A stretch of DNA of 64,000 nucleotides from an uncultured delta proteobacterium (GCA_963716045.1 CAVQSS010000025.1:772-64771), one strand, 5' to 3'; shown: positions 44,854 to 54,811, counted from the stretch's first letter. The notes: a model not told the origin generated them from the sequence alone. A program made the numbers and translations.

Positions 44854-46728
44854 CTAAAGAGGTAACCCCAAGCCCTTCCGCTTTTCCAGAATGTGATTGG
44901 TAATCAACGCGGCGGCCTTAATGGGGTCCGGTTCCACGGCGAAGCAGGCCCCGAAGACGTCGTTAAGCCCTTTCGTGGCTAGTTCGGTGACATTTTTACT
45001 CCCTAAGATGGGAGGCATGACCCCGAGGTGGGTGAAGATCCCGCTGGCCATGACATAGAAGGCGATCGTCGCCGCCTTTTCGGAATACCACTCCGGGGCG
45101 GAACCGGCCAGGGGCAGTTGGTCGATGTCCACTCCGAGGGCCTTGGCCAGGGCGCAGGCGATGACCAGGATCCGCGAGTTGTCCACGCAGGAGCCCACAT
45201 GGAGCGAGGGCGGAATCCCCAGGGCGCCGCAGATTTCCTTCAGGCCCGGTCCGGCCAGTTCCTTAGCTTCAGGCACCTGGAGCCCGGCCTTGCCGGCGGC
45301 CACGTTGACGCAGCCGGTGGTCAGGACCAGGATATCGTTGGCGATCAGACGCTTGATCAATTCCACATGGCCGTAGTCCTGTTTGATCTTGGGATTGTTG
45401 CAGCCCACCACCCCCACGGCGCCCTTGATCTTGCCGGCCTTGATGGCCTCGATCAGCGGCGTAAGCGTCCCGCCCAGGGCGCCAACGATGGCCTCTACCG
45501 AAAAGCCGGTCATGGTCTTGACCGGCTGAACCGGGATATTGACCTTCTCCTTGATCCGCCGGCTGAAATTTTCGATGGACTCCCGGACGATTCGGTAGGC
45601 CTGTTCTTTGGCGTTCTCGGGATTGAATTCCACGTGTTCCATGAAGGGGAATTTCGCCTTGTCGGAGGTGGAATACATCCGGGTATGATAACACTGGGCC
45701 ACTTGTCCCAGGGAGGGCATGATGCACTGGTAGTCGACCACCATAGACTCGACCGCCCCGGTGACCAGGGTCAGTTCGGTCATGAGATGGTTGCCGGCCA
45801 TGGGGATCTTACGGCGCATCATCAGCTCGTTCCCCGTACAGCAGAGGCCGGCGATATTGATGCCCTGGGCCCCCTTGGACTTGGCCAGGGCGATCATCTC
45901 CGGATCGTCGGCCGCCAGGCAGATCATCTCGGAGACGACGGGGCTGTGGCCGTGGACCAGGATGTTGACCCGGTCTTCCTTGAGTACCCCCAGGTTCACC
46001 TCGGACATTCCCGGCTGGGGGGTGCCGAAGATGATATCCGACACCTCGGTGCCGATCATGGCCCCGCCGTAGCCGTCGGAAAGGCTGTTGCGGACCGCCT
46101 GCAAAAGCAGAGAGACCCAGTCATTGTCCACGCCCATGTGGGTCCGGTGCATCATCTCCGAGGTCTCCCGGTCAATTCCCCGGGGCAGGACCCGGAGTTT
46201 TTTCCATAGATCGAGGCGCTGCTGCGGGGCCCGGCCGGTGAGAGTGATCTGGTCTTTCTTCATCCCGTAGTCTTCCATCATGGCCTCGGCCAGGTCCAGG
46301 GCGATGGCCGCGGTCTCCCGATTGTCCGTCGGGACACCGTACTCCAAGGCCAGGCGTTTCATTTTTTCCGGGTCCTTGATTTCATAACCCGGGGCCCGGC
46401 CCTGGCCGATCTTATGTAACACCTCCACCAGGTCGCGCCCGTGGTCGGAATGGGAGGCCGCCCCGGCGGCGATCATCCGGGACAGGTTGCGGGCCACGAT
46501 AATATCGGCATCGGCGCCGCAAACGCCCTGCTGCGGGCCTTCCCCGAAGGGATCGATCCGGCAGGGGCCCATGACGCAGTTGCGGCAGGAGAGCCCCAGT
46601 TCGCAATAGCCGCAGGGGGGCTGCTGTTTCAAATAGCGGTCCCAGACTGTCTCGACGTTGTCCTCGACCGCCTTCTTCAGCATAAGCTGGGCATCTTTAC
46701 AGATGGAAAGATCTTGATAGTCGCGCAT
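44854..46728 (-). CDS. cooS: Anaerobic Ni-Fe carbon monoxide dehydrogenase catalytic subunit
   Basis: 624 aa. N-terminal cluster motif CGYCELGLSCRNCVMGPCRI. Length and body match the CooS/HCP superfamily. Confidence 0.9.
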   Translation of the reverse strand: MRDYQDLSICKDAQLMLKKAVEDNVETVWDRYLKQQPPCGYCELGLSCRNCVMGPCRIDPFGEGPQQGVCGADADIIVARNLSRMIAAGAASHSDHGRDLVEVLHKIGQGRAPGYEIKDPEKMKRLALEYGVPTDNRETAAIALDLAEAMMEDYGMKKDQITLTGRAPQQRLDLWKKLRVLPRGIDRETSEMMHRTHMGVDNDWVSLLLQAVRNSLSDGYGGAMIGTEVSDIIFGTPQPGMSEVNLGVLKEDRVNILVHGHSPVVSEMICLAADDPEMIALAKSKGAQGINIAGLCCTGNELMMRRKIPMAGNHLMTELTLVTGAVESMVVDYQCIMPSLGQVAQCYHTRMYSTSDKAKFPFMEHVEFNPENAKEQAYRIVRESIENFSRRIKEKVNIPVQPVKTMTGFSVEAIVGALGGTLTPLIEAIKAGKIKGAVGVVGCNNPKIKQDYGHVELIKRLIANDILVLTTGCVNVAAGKAGLQVPEAKELAGPGLKEICGALGIPPSLHVGSCVDNSRILVIACALAKALGVDIDQLPLAGSAPEWYSEKAATIAFYVMASGIFTHLGVMPPILGSKNVTELATKGLNDVFGACFAVEPDPIKAAALITNHILEKRKGLGLPL

Positions 46729-46731
46729 GGC

Positions 46732-47325
46732 TTATCTCCTCCTTAATTGATCCAGCGAATAGCGATAACGGGTCAAGGTATCAAAAGAATTCGCGGCCCT
46801 GGCTTTTTCCCGGATCCCCAGGTAGACCAGGGAAGCCATCTCCTCCGTCTCCCGATCCATGACCCGGTTGGGTTCCTCAAAAAGCAGGGCGCCGGATTTA
46901 CAGACCTCCACGCAGGCCGGCCTTTTTCCTTCACGCTGACGGGCGGCACACTGGTCGCACTTGTGGGCCGCTTCTTTATGGCTGGGATAGGTATGATACC
47001 GGATCACGCCAAAGGGGCAGGCCATGGCGCACATGCCGCAGTTGATGCAGCGGTCGGCATTGATCATCACGGCCCGGGCCTTATCCTCACGGAAGATGGC
47101 CTTGGTCAGGCAGGCCATCTCGCAGGGGGCCGGGTCGCAGTGCCGGCACTTGTTGGGAAAAGGCTCCTTTTGTTGGGACAGGCCGATGTGGATCCGGGGC
47201 TTGGACAGAACCGCCTCATAGGGCGCCGCGTAGAGGGACTGGCTCAGCGAGTGGGCCACCGCGCAGGCCACGCGGCACTGTAGGCAGCCGACGCAACGCT
47301 CGGGCCTGACTACCACCGTTTTCAT
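46732..47325 (-). CDS. cooF: CooF-like polyferredoxin (4x[4Fe-4S])
   Basis: ATG 47325 after AGGAGG. CVGCLQCRVAC, CRHCDPAPC, CINCGMCAMACP, CDQC...C. Confidence 0.85.
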   Translation of the reverse strand: MKTVVVRPERCVGCLQCRVACAVAHSLSQSLYAAPYEAVLSKPRIHIGLSQQKEPFPNKCRHCDPAPCEMACLTKAIFREDKARAVMINADRCINCGMCAMACPFGVIRYHTYPSHKEAAHKCDQCAARQREGKRPACVEVCKSGALLFEEPNRVMDRETEEMASLVYLGIREKARAANSFDTLTRYRYSLDQLRRR

Positions 47326-47343
47326 AGGGACCTCCTTTTGGGA

Positions 47344-47513
47344 TAAACTCGAAATACGAAACACGAAATCCGAAACAAATTCAAATGACCAAAATTCAAA
47401 TCACTGAAACGGCGTCCTTTCCTTGACCGGTGCTGGAATCCTTGCATGTTTCGATCATTTGGATTTTGAATATTGTTTTTTGTTTCGGATTTCGTGCTTC
47501 GAATTTCGGATTT
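47344..47513. repeat. Family-1 palindromic element, copy B (complete)
   Basis: Left arm CTCGAAATACGAAACACGAAATCCGAAACAAATTCAAATGA. Inverted right arm TCATTTGGATTTTGAATATTG...TGTTTCGGATTTCGTGCTTCGAATTTCGGATTT. Fills the cooF-flavoprotein spacer. Confidence 0.85.
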
Positions 47514-47525
47514 AACCCATGTTTT

Positions 47526-48749
47526 TTAGAATAGGTTCTTTAACAAATCATATAGGGAGGCTTCTCCGCTGACGATCGCTTCCGGCATGCCGGGAGATAA
47601 AGGTTTGCCGCGGCGGATCAGGTTCACCACCGGCCCGGCTCCCTCCGGGGCATTATAAAACATCATCCCGACGGGGATGTTGTCGCGCATGGCCAGCATC
47701 CGGAACTGATTTTTACCGGGAGTCTGCCGCTCGTGAAAGGTGACCCCTTCCGCGGTTTTCAAAAGCCCGGCGTTGATGAGATGGGAACGAGGCGTTTTCA
47801 GGCTGTTCAGGCCGATACTGCCCGGATAGGAAGCGGGGATACCGGCCAGGTTCAGACCCGCAAAGTATCCCTGTTCCACCGCCACCGGCCAAACAGCGTT
47901 GATCCAGGACCGCCCTCGGGTCACGTCCAGGGCCTGGCAGCAGTCCCCGGCGGTATAAATGTCCGCTTCCGAGGTTTCCAGAAATTCATTGGCCAGGATA
48001 CCGGCATCGACAGCCAAACCGGCGCTTCGGGCCAGCTCCAGCCGGGGGATGACCCCTTTGCCTACCACCAGGACATCGCTGCGGATCTCCTTCCCGGACG
48101 TTAACACGGCCAGAAGCTGTTGGTCCTCGGAGTTGATTTCGGAAATATCGTCACTTCGGTTCAGGACCACGCCCAGAGATTGGAGATCCTTTTCCACCCA
48201 GACCGCCGCCCGTTCGTTCATGACCATGGACAGCAGGTGCGGGGAGGAGACGACCATTTCCACCTCCAGTCCTCGGTCCTTCAACCCATAGGCCGTCTTG
48301 AGGCCCACAAAACCGCCGCCGGCTACGATTCCTTTCCCGGTGGCCAAGGTTTCGATCTTCAGGGCGTCTTCCAAAAAACGCAAGGTATGGGCCCGGTTTT
48401 CGGCCCGGCAGTATTCGGGCTGGACGGCGCCGGCGCCGACGGAGATCAGCAGTTTATCGTAGGAGAGGGTTTGACCGGAAGCACAGGCTATTGATTTATT
48501 TCGCGGGTCGATCTGCGAGACCCGCTCCCCGAGAAGCCAGGTCACGTTTTTCGGGTAGCGGTTGGTCTCCCGGATGGTCAGGAAATCCTGGTGGACTTCA
48601 CGGCCGAGGTACTGGGTAAGCAGGCAGCGGCAGTAGGGTTGCCGGTTTTCCTCGGAGATCGCCGTGATCTCGGCTTCCGGGGCAAACCGAAGAATTGTTT
48701 CCAAGGCCGAAAGGCCGGCGGCACTCAGACCAACGATCACTAACTTCAT
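47526..48749 (-). CDS. FAD/NAD(P)-dependent pyridine nucleotide-disulfide oxidoreductase (CODH-associated type)
   Basis: ATG 48749 after GAGGGAGG. MKLVIVGLSAAGLSA and GGGFVGLKTA dinucleotide motifs. Confidence 0.8.
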   Translation of the reverse strand: MKLVIVGLSAAGLSALETILRFAPEAEITAISEENRQPYCRCLLTQYLGREVHQDFLTIRETNRYPKNVTWLLGERVSQIDPRNKSIACASGQTLSYDKLLISVGAGAVQPEYCRAENRAHTLRFLEDALKIETLATGKGIVAGGGFVGLKTAYGLKDRGLEVEMVVSSPHLLSMVMNERAAVWVEKDLQSLGVVLNRSDDISEINSEDQQLLAVLTSGKEIRSDVLVVGKGVIPRLELARSAGLAVDAGILANEFLETSEADIYTAGDCCQALDVTRGRSWINAVWPVAVEQGYFAGLNLAGIPASYPGSIGLNSLKTPRSHLINAGLLKTAEGVTFHERQTPGKNQFRMLAMRDNIPVGMMFYNAPEGAGPVVNLIRRGKPLSPGMPEAIVSGEASLYDLLKNLF

Positions 48750-48995
48750 TCCGCCCTCCCTCATGGGGATTTGTTTGCCCGGACTGGATTGGTCTCCACT
48801 GAAGAAACCAAACAGCCGGTTCCCGTTGAAACCATCCCAATTTGATATTAAACCCATTTGAATTTCAAGAAAAAAATCGCCTCACCTGGATATTTTCGGA
48901 TTGGAAACAGCCCGACATCCTGATCTCCCCCTCCGCGATAAGTGCAACGAGGATTTGTCTGTAGCTTTTTATCGGCGCGGTTTATAATCTCCGGA

Positions 48996-49583
48996 ATGAA
49001 AGCGATCGCGTCCATTGTTCCAAGGGAAATCAGGCTGACCCTCCCACCCTGGGTGAATCACTTTTTGCAGAAAATCCCGCCCTGCCGGACCGATGAGGAA
49101 AAGATGCGTTTGGCCATTTCCCTGGCCCGGGAGAACGTGATCCGGGGAACGGGCGGCCCTTTCGGCGCCGCAGTCTTCCGGGAACCGGACCATGAAATGG
49201 TTTCGGTCGGGGTGAACGGCGTGGAGAGGTTGAACAATTCCGTGGCCCATGCCGAGATGATGGCCATCATGGCCGCGGAAACGCGGCTGGGATCCTACAC
49301 GCTCCGGACACCGACCGGGGGACTTTACGAGCTGTTCACTACTTGCGAGCCCTGTGCCATGTGCCTGGGGGCCGTTCTCTGGAGCGGCCTCACCCGCCTG
49401 GTCTGCGGCGCGGGCCGGCAGGATGCCCTGGCCCTGGGTTTCGAAGAAGGGCCGGTATTCCCTGAATCCTATCGATATCTGAAAGATCGGGAGGTGAAAA
49501 TCGTTCGCGGGTTCCTGGCCGGGGAAGCCCGGGCCGTGCTCCGTCTGTACCAGGAACGGAGCGGGCGGATCTACAACAGGTAA
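48996..49583 (+). CDS. Zinc-dependent nucleoside/nucleotide deaminase (CDA fold)
   Basis: HAEMMAI ... TCEPCAMCLGAV zinc motif. Confidence 0.8.
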   Translation: MKAIASIVPREIRLTLPPWVNHFLQKIPPCRTDEEKMRLAISLARENVIRGTGGPFGAAVFREPDHEMVSVGVNGVERLNNSVAHAEMMAIMAAETRLGSYTLRTPTGGLYELFTTCEPCAMCLGAVLWSGLTRLVCGAGRQDALALGFEEGPVFPESYRYLKDREVKIVRGFLAGEARAVLRLYQERSGRIYNR

Positions 49584-49615
49584 GAAACAGGTGGATTATC
49601 CGTATTCGTTATTGG

Positions 49616-49945
49616 CTAGTATCCGCGATGATAGGGATAAGGCCGGGGCGCCGGAGGTCCATAGTGCCAGCGGGCCGGGAACGGCCTCGGGGCATGATAA
49701 TGGGGAGCATATAGAACCGGCCGGGGATGATGCCACCGTACGGGAGCATAATGATACGGATAGGGTCGGGGATAATGCCCAACCGCATATCCATGTCCGG
49801 CTGGAGGGAAAGGCCCATATCCTCTGAGGTGGGCGTCGGTTCTTTGGTTCACTACTTGATTGGCGGCGGCTTGATCCCCGGTGAAGGCCATCCACCCCAA
49901 AAAAATGGTTCCTGCCAGCAATAAGGTCATAAACGGTTTTAACAT
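49616..49945 (-). CDS. Small secreted Pro/Tyr/His-rich protein
   Basis: ATG 49945 after AGGAG. Signal MLKPFMTLLLAGTIFLGWMAFTG. Mature part HYPRPYPYHYAPVRWHHPRPVLYAPHYHAPRPFPARWHYGPPAPRPYPYHRGY*. Confidence 0.6.
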   Translation of the reverse strand: MLKPFMTLLLAGTIFLGWMAFTGDQAAANQVVNQRTDAHLRGYGPFPPAGHGYAVGHYPRPYPYHYAPVRWHHPRPVLYAPHYHAPRPFPARWHYGPPAPRPYPYHRGY

Positions 49946-50019
49946 GATGAGCGCTCCTTTCGTTGCTTTTTGTTGATTAGATGAAAGGAGTCCCGTACAG
50001 GTTAAAAAAAAATATAAAG

Positions 50020-51735
50020 TTATTCGTTCATGGCGTACTCCCCGTTGAGAGGGAGGACAACCCCATCCCAAACCCGCCGGTACTGGGCCTCATCTCCGGC
50101 AGGCCGGATCAGCATGATCTCCCGGCAGAGGTCCCGCTGTGCATCCCGGGTTCCGGGCAGCCCGTAGATCTGCAGAGCGAACCGCGCGAAATCCCGCACC
50201 ATAAAATCGAAGATCTGGCTGAGAATGTCCGGGTCCAGGTGCTCAAGCTGCGCCTGCTCCAAAATAAGCTGGCCGTAGACCACGATGGAGAACATCTCTC
50301 CCAAGGGAAGCGAGAAGACGGGGTCCAGGTCTTGGATCTTGTCCGGCCCGGCCTTTTCCAGCAGCTCCCGGAAGATCTCGGTCTGGCGGATGAAACGGCC
50401 TACGTTGGGGAGATCCCGGAAGGCTTCGAATATCGGCCGGTAGTCGTGAAACCGGACCGCGCCCAGACCCTTGGTCGGCCCCTGGTTGAACAGGAAGCCG
50501 TCGTCGTTCAGGGAAAAGTCGGGGCGCACCGGGGCATATTCCGCGGGGCTGAAAAAATAGTTTTTCATGAACTTGCGGATAAGCTGGACATTCACGTGAA
50601 CGGTGCCTTCGAGCTTCGACGGGCCCCGGACGTCGGCGGACGCCATGTGGAAGTAAGTATCCTTTTCAAAACCCTTGGCGGCAATCACCTCCCAGAGCAG
50701 GTTGACCACCTCTTCGGACTGTAGCGTGACCTTCATCTTGCTGGTGGGATTGTAGAGCAGGTAGCGGCGGTCATTTTCCCCGGCTTGCCGGAAATAGTCG
50801 GTGGCCCGGCGATGATAGGCCTTCATGGCCACCAGCCGCAGCCAGGCGTCCATGAAGTTCCGGCGCACATGGGGCATATCGCTGACGCGAACCCCGTAAA
50901 GGATGCGGTTGGCGGCATGGGTAATAGCCTCGTAAAAGCAGTGTTCTGCCATGCCGATGGAGGCCGGGCCGATATTGAACTTGCCGATGTTCACCGTATT
51001 CAGCGCCGAATCCCAAGCGTGGGAGCCGCGGGAAAGGATGTCTTCCTCGGTGACGGGATAGTCATGCAGGGCGAAGTTGGAGACGTACTCCTGGTGGGAG
51101 ATGACGTTTTTTTTCAACTCATAGGCCTTATGGCGGTAGTTGGTGACGAAGAAGACAAAATCGTCCGTTCCGTCCTTGACCTTGCCGAGGGTTGAAACCA
51201 TCTCCGCCTCGTTGCCGTTGCCGATGTAATATTTCTCACCGTTGGCCTTCCAGGTGCCTTCGCCCTGGAGGGTCAGGGTGGTTTCGGTGGCATAGATATC
51301 CGCCCCATGGGCCCGTTCGGAAAGGCCGAAGGCGAAGATGGCGCCTTCCCGGAGGAGCCGGGCCGCCTTCCGCTTGGCCTTATCGTTGGGGCTCATCCAG
51401 ATGGGGCCCAGCCCCAGAATGGTTACCTGGAAACAATACCAGTAGCCCAGGCCGTAGAAAGCCAACAATTCGCTGTACTCGTTGTTGCGCGCCGTGTCCC
51501 AACGGCAGTCCGGGTCGCCGCCGGCATATTCCTTGGGCGTAAGCAGTTTGGCGAAGATTTGCTCCCGCCCGATGAAGTCGACGAATTCCCGGTACCAGAC
51601 TTTTTTATTGTAATCGTCGAGGAGTCGGACCTTCCCCATGTTCTCGAAAAAGGTGATGGTCTTTTCCATGAGGGCTCGGGAGCCGGCATCGGTCATCAGA
51701 CTGGTATATTTCTTCGGTTGAATAAAAAAATTCAT
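50020..51735 (-). CDS. Acyl-CoA dehydrogenase family protein (long form, 571 aa)
   Basis: AFGLSERAHGADIY, KYYIGNGNEA, NIGKFNIGPASIGMAEHCFYEAITHA. Confidence 0.75.
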   Translation of the reverse strand: MNFFIQPKKYTSLMTDAGSRALMEKTITFFENMGKVRLLDDYNKKVWYREFVDFIGREQIFAKLLTPKEYAGGDPDCRWDTARNNEYSELLAFYGLGYWYCFQVTILGLGPIWMSPNDKAKRKAARLLREGAIFAFGLSERAHGADIYATETTLTLQGEGTWKANGEKYYIGNGNEAEMVSTLGKVKDGTDDFVFFVTNYRHKAYELKKNVISHQEYVSNFALHDYPVTEEDILSRGSHAWDSALNTVNIGKFNIGPASIGMAEHCFYEAITHAANRILYGVRVSDMPHVRRNFMDAWLRLVAMKAYHRRATDYFRQAGENDRRYLLYNPTSKMKVTLQSEEVVNLLWEVIAAKGFEKDTYFHMASADVRGPSKLEGTVHVNVQLIRKFMKNYFFSPAEYAPVRPDFSLNDDGFLFNQGPTKGLGAVRFHDYRPIFEAFRDLPNVGRFIRQTEIFRELLEKAGPDKIQDLDPVFSLPLGEMFSIVVYGQLILEQAQLEHLDPDILSQIFDFMVRDFARFALQIYGLPGTRDAQRDLCREIMLIRPAGDEAQYRRVWDGVVLPLNGEYAMNE

Positions 51736-51958
51736 AGGATTACTCCTCCATTCTAAAGATTTGCGTCAGGTCACAAAATTAACATGCCGACAGGCCAACT
51801 TGCAACCTGTAAGTGGATTGCCTAAAGTCTGGGAAAACCGACCGGGATCTCCGCTCGTTAGGCAGAGACTTGAAATCTGCCGCATCCCTTTGGACTTGCG
51901 GTGGGGACTATGCTAGGATAGCGTTCTTAAATCCTGAAAACTCAAAGGAAGTGCCGAT

Positions 51959-54811
51959 ATGAAGCTGCTGCGATTGAACATGGAAACGGGAAAGATTGAG
52001 TTTGAGCCCCTCCGCGAGGACTGGCTGCCCATCGGCGGCAGCGCTTTGCTGGCCCGCATCATGAACCGGGAAGTTCCGCCGGCGGCGGATCCCCTGGGTC
52101 CCAAGAATGCCTTCATCATAGCCGTCGGCCCGTTGGCCGGCACCGGGGCCCCTCAGCTCGGGCGCATCTCCGTGGGGGCCAAGAGTCCCCTGACCCTGGG
52201 AATAAAAGAGGCCAACGCCGGAGGCCCGGCCGGGCAATTCCTCGACCGGTTGGGGATTCGCGCTATTATTGTTCAGGGCACCCCGCCGGAAGACCGTCTG
52301 ACTTGTTTGTTGATTTCAGGGGACCGGGTGGAGTTGATCCCAGCGGAGGAATATCGGGGACAAAAAAATTATGAACTGGCAGGACGACTGAGGGAAAAAT
52401 ACGGGGAGAAGGCGGCGGTCATCTCTACCGGTTCGGCCGGGGAGCGGAAATACCGGGGGGCCTCGGTTTCTTTTACCGATCTGTTCGGGGACCCTTCACG
52501 GAATGCCGCCCGGGGGGGGCTCGGGGCCGTGATGGGGTCCAAGGGACTCAAGGCTATTATCATCGACCCCGGAAAAACCGGCCCGGTGGAGACGGCCGAT
52601 CCGGAGGCCTTTCGCCGGCTGGTGAAATCCTGGGTCAATACCCTTAAGCACGATGTGAGTTGCAGCCTTTATTCCCGCTTCGGCACGCCTTTCGCCGTTT
52701 CCAATTCAGCCAGCCAGGGGACCCTGCCGACCCTGAACTACCGTTCGGGTCGGCCGGAAGACTTTATCGCCGTGAGCGGCAACAGCATCCAAAAGATCCT
52801 TTTTGAACGGGGCGGCCGGATGCACGGCTGCATGCCCGGATGCGTGGTCCGCTGTTCCATCATCTATCCCGATAAAGAGGGGCAGCGGATCTGCTCGGCT
52901 TATGAATATGAAACCATCGCCCTGCTGGGAACCAATCTGGGCATCACCGATCCGGATGCCATTGCCCGGCTCAAGTTTCTCTGTGATGATCTGGGGGTCG
53001 ATGCCATCGAAACCGGCAGCGCCTTGGGCCTGGCAGCCGAGGCCGGAAAAATGACCTTCGGCGATTGGTCCTCGGCCGCGCGGTTGCTGGAAGAAATGGA
53101 ACGGGAAACGCCGTTGGGCCGGGCCCTGGGGAACGGGGTGGTGGCCACTGCCCAATACCTGGGTGTCAGCCGGGTGCCCGCTTATAAAGGACAGGCTCTG
53201 CCCGGCCATGATCCCCGTTCGACCAAGGGAACCGGGGTGACCTATTACACCAGCCCCATGGGCGCGGATCACACGGCGGGGCTGACCTACCGGATTCCCC
53301 TAAGCCGAACGAAACAGGCGGAGAATTCGCTGAAGGCCCAGATCCAGGCCGCCGTCTGCGACGCTTTCGGCTATTGCCTGAATGCTGTTCCCGGCGGTCG
53401 GGCTTCCTTGAATGTCTTCCTGGCCGAGCTGTTGAACGCTCGCTACGGGGGCCGGTGGACTGCTGAAGATGTCCTGAAGATCGGCAAGCAGACCCTGCGG
53501 GATCAGCTCGCTTTCAATGAAAAGGCCGAATTCAGCCAGGGGGATACCGGGGAGGCCGCCTTTATTCGGCAGGAGGCGATTGCCCCCACTCACCAGGTTT
53601 TTGATGTGGAGGAGGCCGAGATCAAGCATTTCTGGGCCGGGCTGGATTCCTTTCAGGAGAAGGAAAAGGTCTGGGAGATCCGTATCCCGCCCTTGCCGGA
53701 AACGCTGTTCGGCGCCGGGGTGTCCGGAAAGATGGGGGAAGCCCTGAAGCGTCTTCAGGTCAGGAAATTGTTTATCGTTACCGATCCGGTCATGTTTTCC
53801 CTGGGGCGGGCGGAGGAGATCCGCCGGATCGTGGAGCGCAGCGGTTTGCAAACGGTTATTTTTTCGGAAGTGGAACCCGATCCCCCCATCGAACTCATCG
53901 AACGGGCCGGGCGACTGTATACCGATGCGGGCTGTGACGGCATTCTCGGCCTGGGCGGCGGCAGCTCGATGGATACGGCCAAGGCCCTCGGGTTGCGGGT
54001 GACTCACGCCGGGGACTTGAGGGAATTCGAAGGCCTGGTGGGCGGAGGCGGCAAAATCAAGCCGATTCTCCCGCCGATCATCTGCCTGCCGACCACCTCC
54101 GGGACGGGCAGCGAGGTCAACCCCTGCGCGGTGATCACCGATACGGAGCGGGACCTGAAGCTGGTTTTGATGAGCAATCACCTGATCCCCAAAATGGCGG
54201 TCATCGATCCCCTTTTCTGCCGGACCATGCCGCGCGGCCTGACCATCGCCTCCGGTATCGACGCCCTGGCCCACTGCATCGAGGGCTATGTTTCCCTGGC
54301 CACCCCTTACCATCCCTATTTCGAGTCCATGGCGGTTTACGGGGTAAAACTGATCGGGCGCAGCCTGCCCCGGGCCTACCAAGACGGGGAGGATATCGCC
54401 GCCCGGACCGACATGTGCATGGCGGCCCTCTGCGGCGGCCTGGCCTTCCTGAAAGGCCTGGGGATCGGCCATGCCCTTACCCACGTGCTGGGCGCCCACT
54501 ACCATCTGCCCCACGGCCGGGCGGCCATTTATGGGCTCCTGTGCTTTGTCAGAGCCAACCGGGAAACCTGTAAGGACCCCTTTACCGATCTGGCCCAAAT
54601 GCTGAATCGCTCGAACGATCTCGAGGCAAGCCTGCTGGCCTTCTACGGGAAGCTGGATATCCCCATCAGCCTGAGAGCCGAGGGAATTCCCAAAGAGGAC
54701 CTGGAGAAAATCGCCTTTTTCACTTCCCGCGACGCGGTGAATATGGCCACCGACCCCACCACCCCCAGTCGGCGGAAAATTTTGGAGCTGCTGGAAGCGA
54801 TGTACGATTGA
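51959..54811 (+). CDS. Fusion protein: aldehyde:ferredoxin oxidoreductase (AOR family) + iron-containing alcohol dehydrogenase
   Basis: 950 aa.
- AOR part (to ~53650): GGSALLARIM, cluster motif HGCMPGCVVRC, FLCDDLGVDAIETG, PMGADHTAG, CDAFGYC.
- Fe-ADH part (from ~53660): LFGAGVSGKMGEALKRLQVRKLFIVTD, GLGGGSSMDTAKA, HxxxH region GIGHALTHVLGAHYHLPHG.
- No stop, start codon or convincing RBS at the junction. Confidence 0.85.
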   Translation: MKLLRLNMETGKIEFEPLREDWLPIGGSALLARIMNREVPPAADPLGPKNAFIIAVGPLAGTGAPQLGRISVGAKSPLTLGIKEANAGGPAGQFLDRLGIRAIIVQGTPPEDRLTCLLISGDRVELIPAEEYRGQKNYELAGRLREKYGEKAAVISTGSAGERKYRGASVSFTDLFGDPSRNAARGGLGAVMGSKGLKAIIIDPGKTGPVETADPEAFRRLVKSWVNTLKHDVSCSLYSRFGTPFAVSNSASQGTLPTLNYRSGRPEDFIAVSGNSIQKILFERGGRMHGCMPGCVVRCSIIYPDKEGQRICSAYEYETIALLGTNLGITDPDAIARLKFLCDDLGVDAIETGSALGLAAEAGKMTFGDWSSAARLLEEMERETPLGRALGNGVVATAQYLGVSRVPAYKGQALPGHDPRSTKGTGVTYYTSPMGADHTAGLTYRIPLSRTKQAENSLKAQIQAAVCDAFGYCLNAVPGGRASLNVFLAELLNARYGGRWTAEDVLKIGKQTLRDQLAFNEKAEFSQGDTGEAAFIRQEAIAPTHQVFDVEEAEIKHFWAGLDSFQEKEKVWEIRIPPLPETLFGAGVSGKMGEALKRLQVRKLFIVTDPVMFSLGRAEEIRRIVERSGLQTVIFSEVEPDPPIELIERAGRLYTDAGCDGILGLGGGSSMDTAKALGLRVTHAGDLREFEGLVGGGGKIKPILPPIICLPTTSGTGSEVNPCAVITDTERDLKLVLMSNHLIPKMAVIDPLFCRTMPRGLTIASGIDALAHCIEGYVSLATPYHPYFESMAVYGVKLIGRSLPRAYQDGEDIAARTDMCMAALCGGLAFLKGLGIGHALTHVLGAHYHLPHGRAAIYGLLCFVRANRETCKDPFTDLAQMLNRSNDLEASLLAFYGKLDIPISLRAEGIPKEDLEKIAFFTSRDAVNMATDPTTPSRRKILELLEAMYD

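Noticed and set aside
51736-51958. Sigma-54 promoter upstream of the AOR-ADH gene (GGCCAACTTGCA)
   Set aside because: The GG-to-GC spacing is 7 nt rather than the required 10, and no enhancer-binding protein gene is adjacent.
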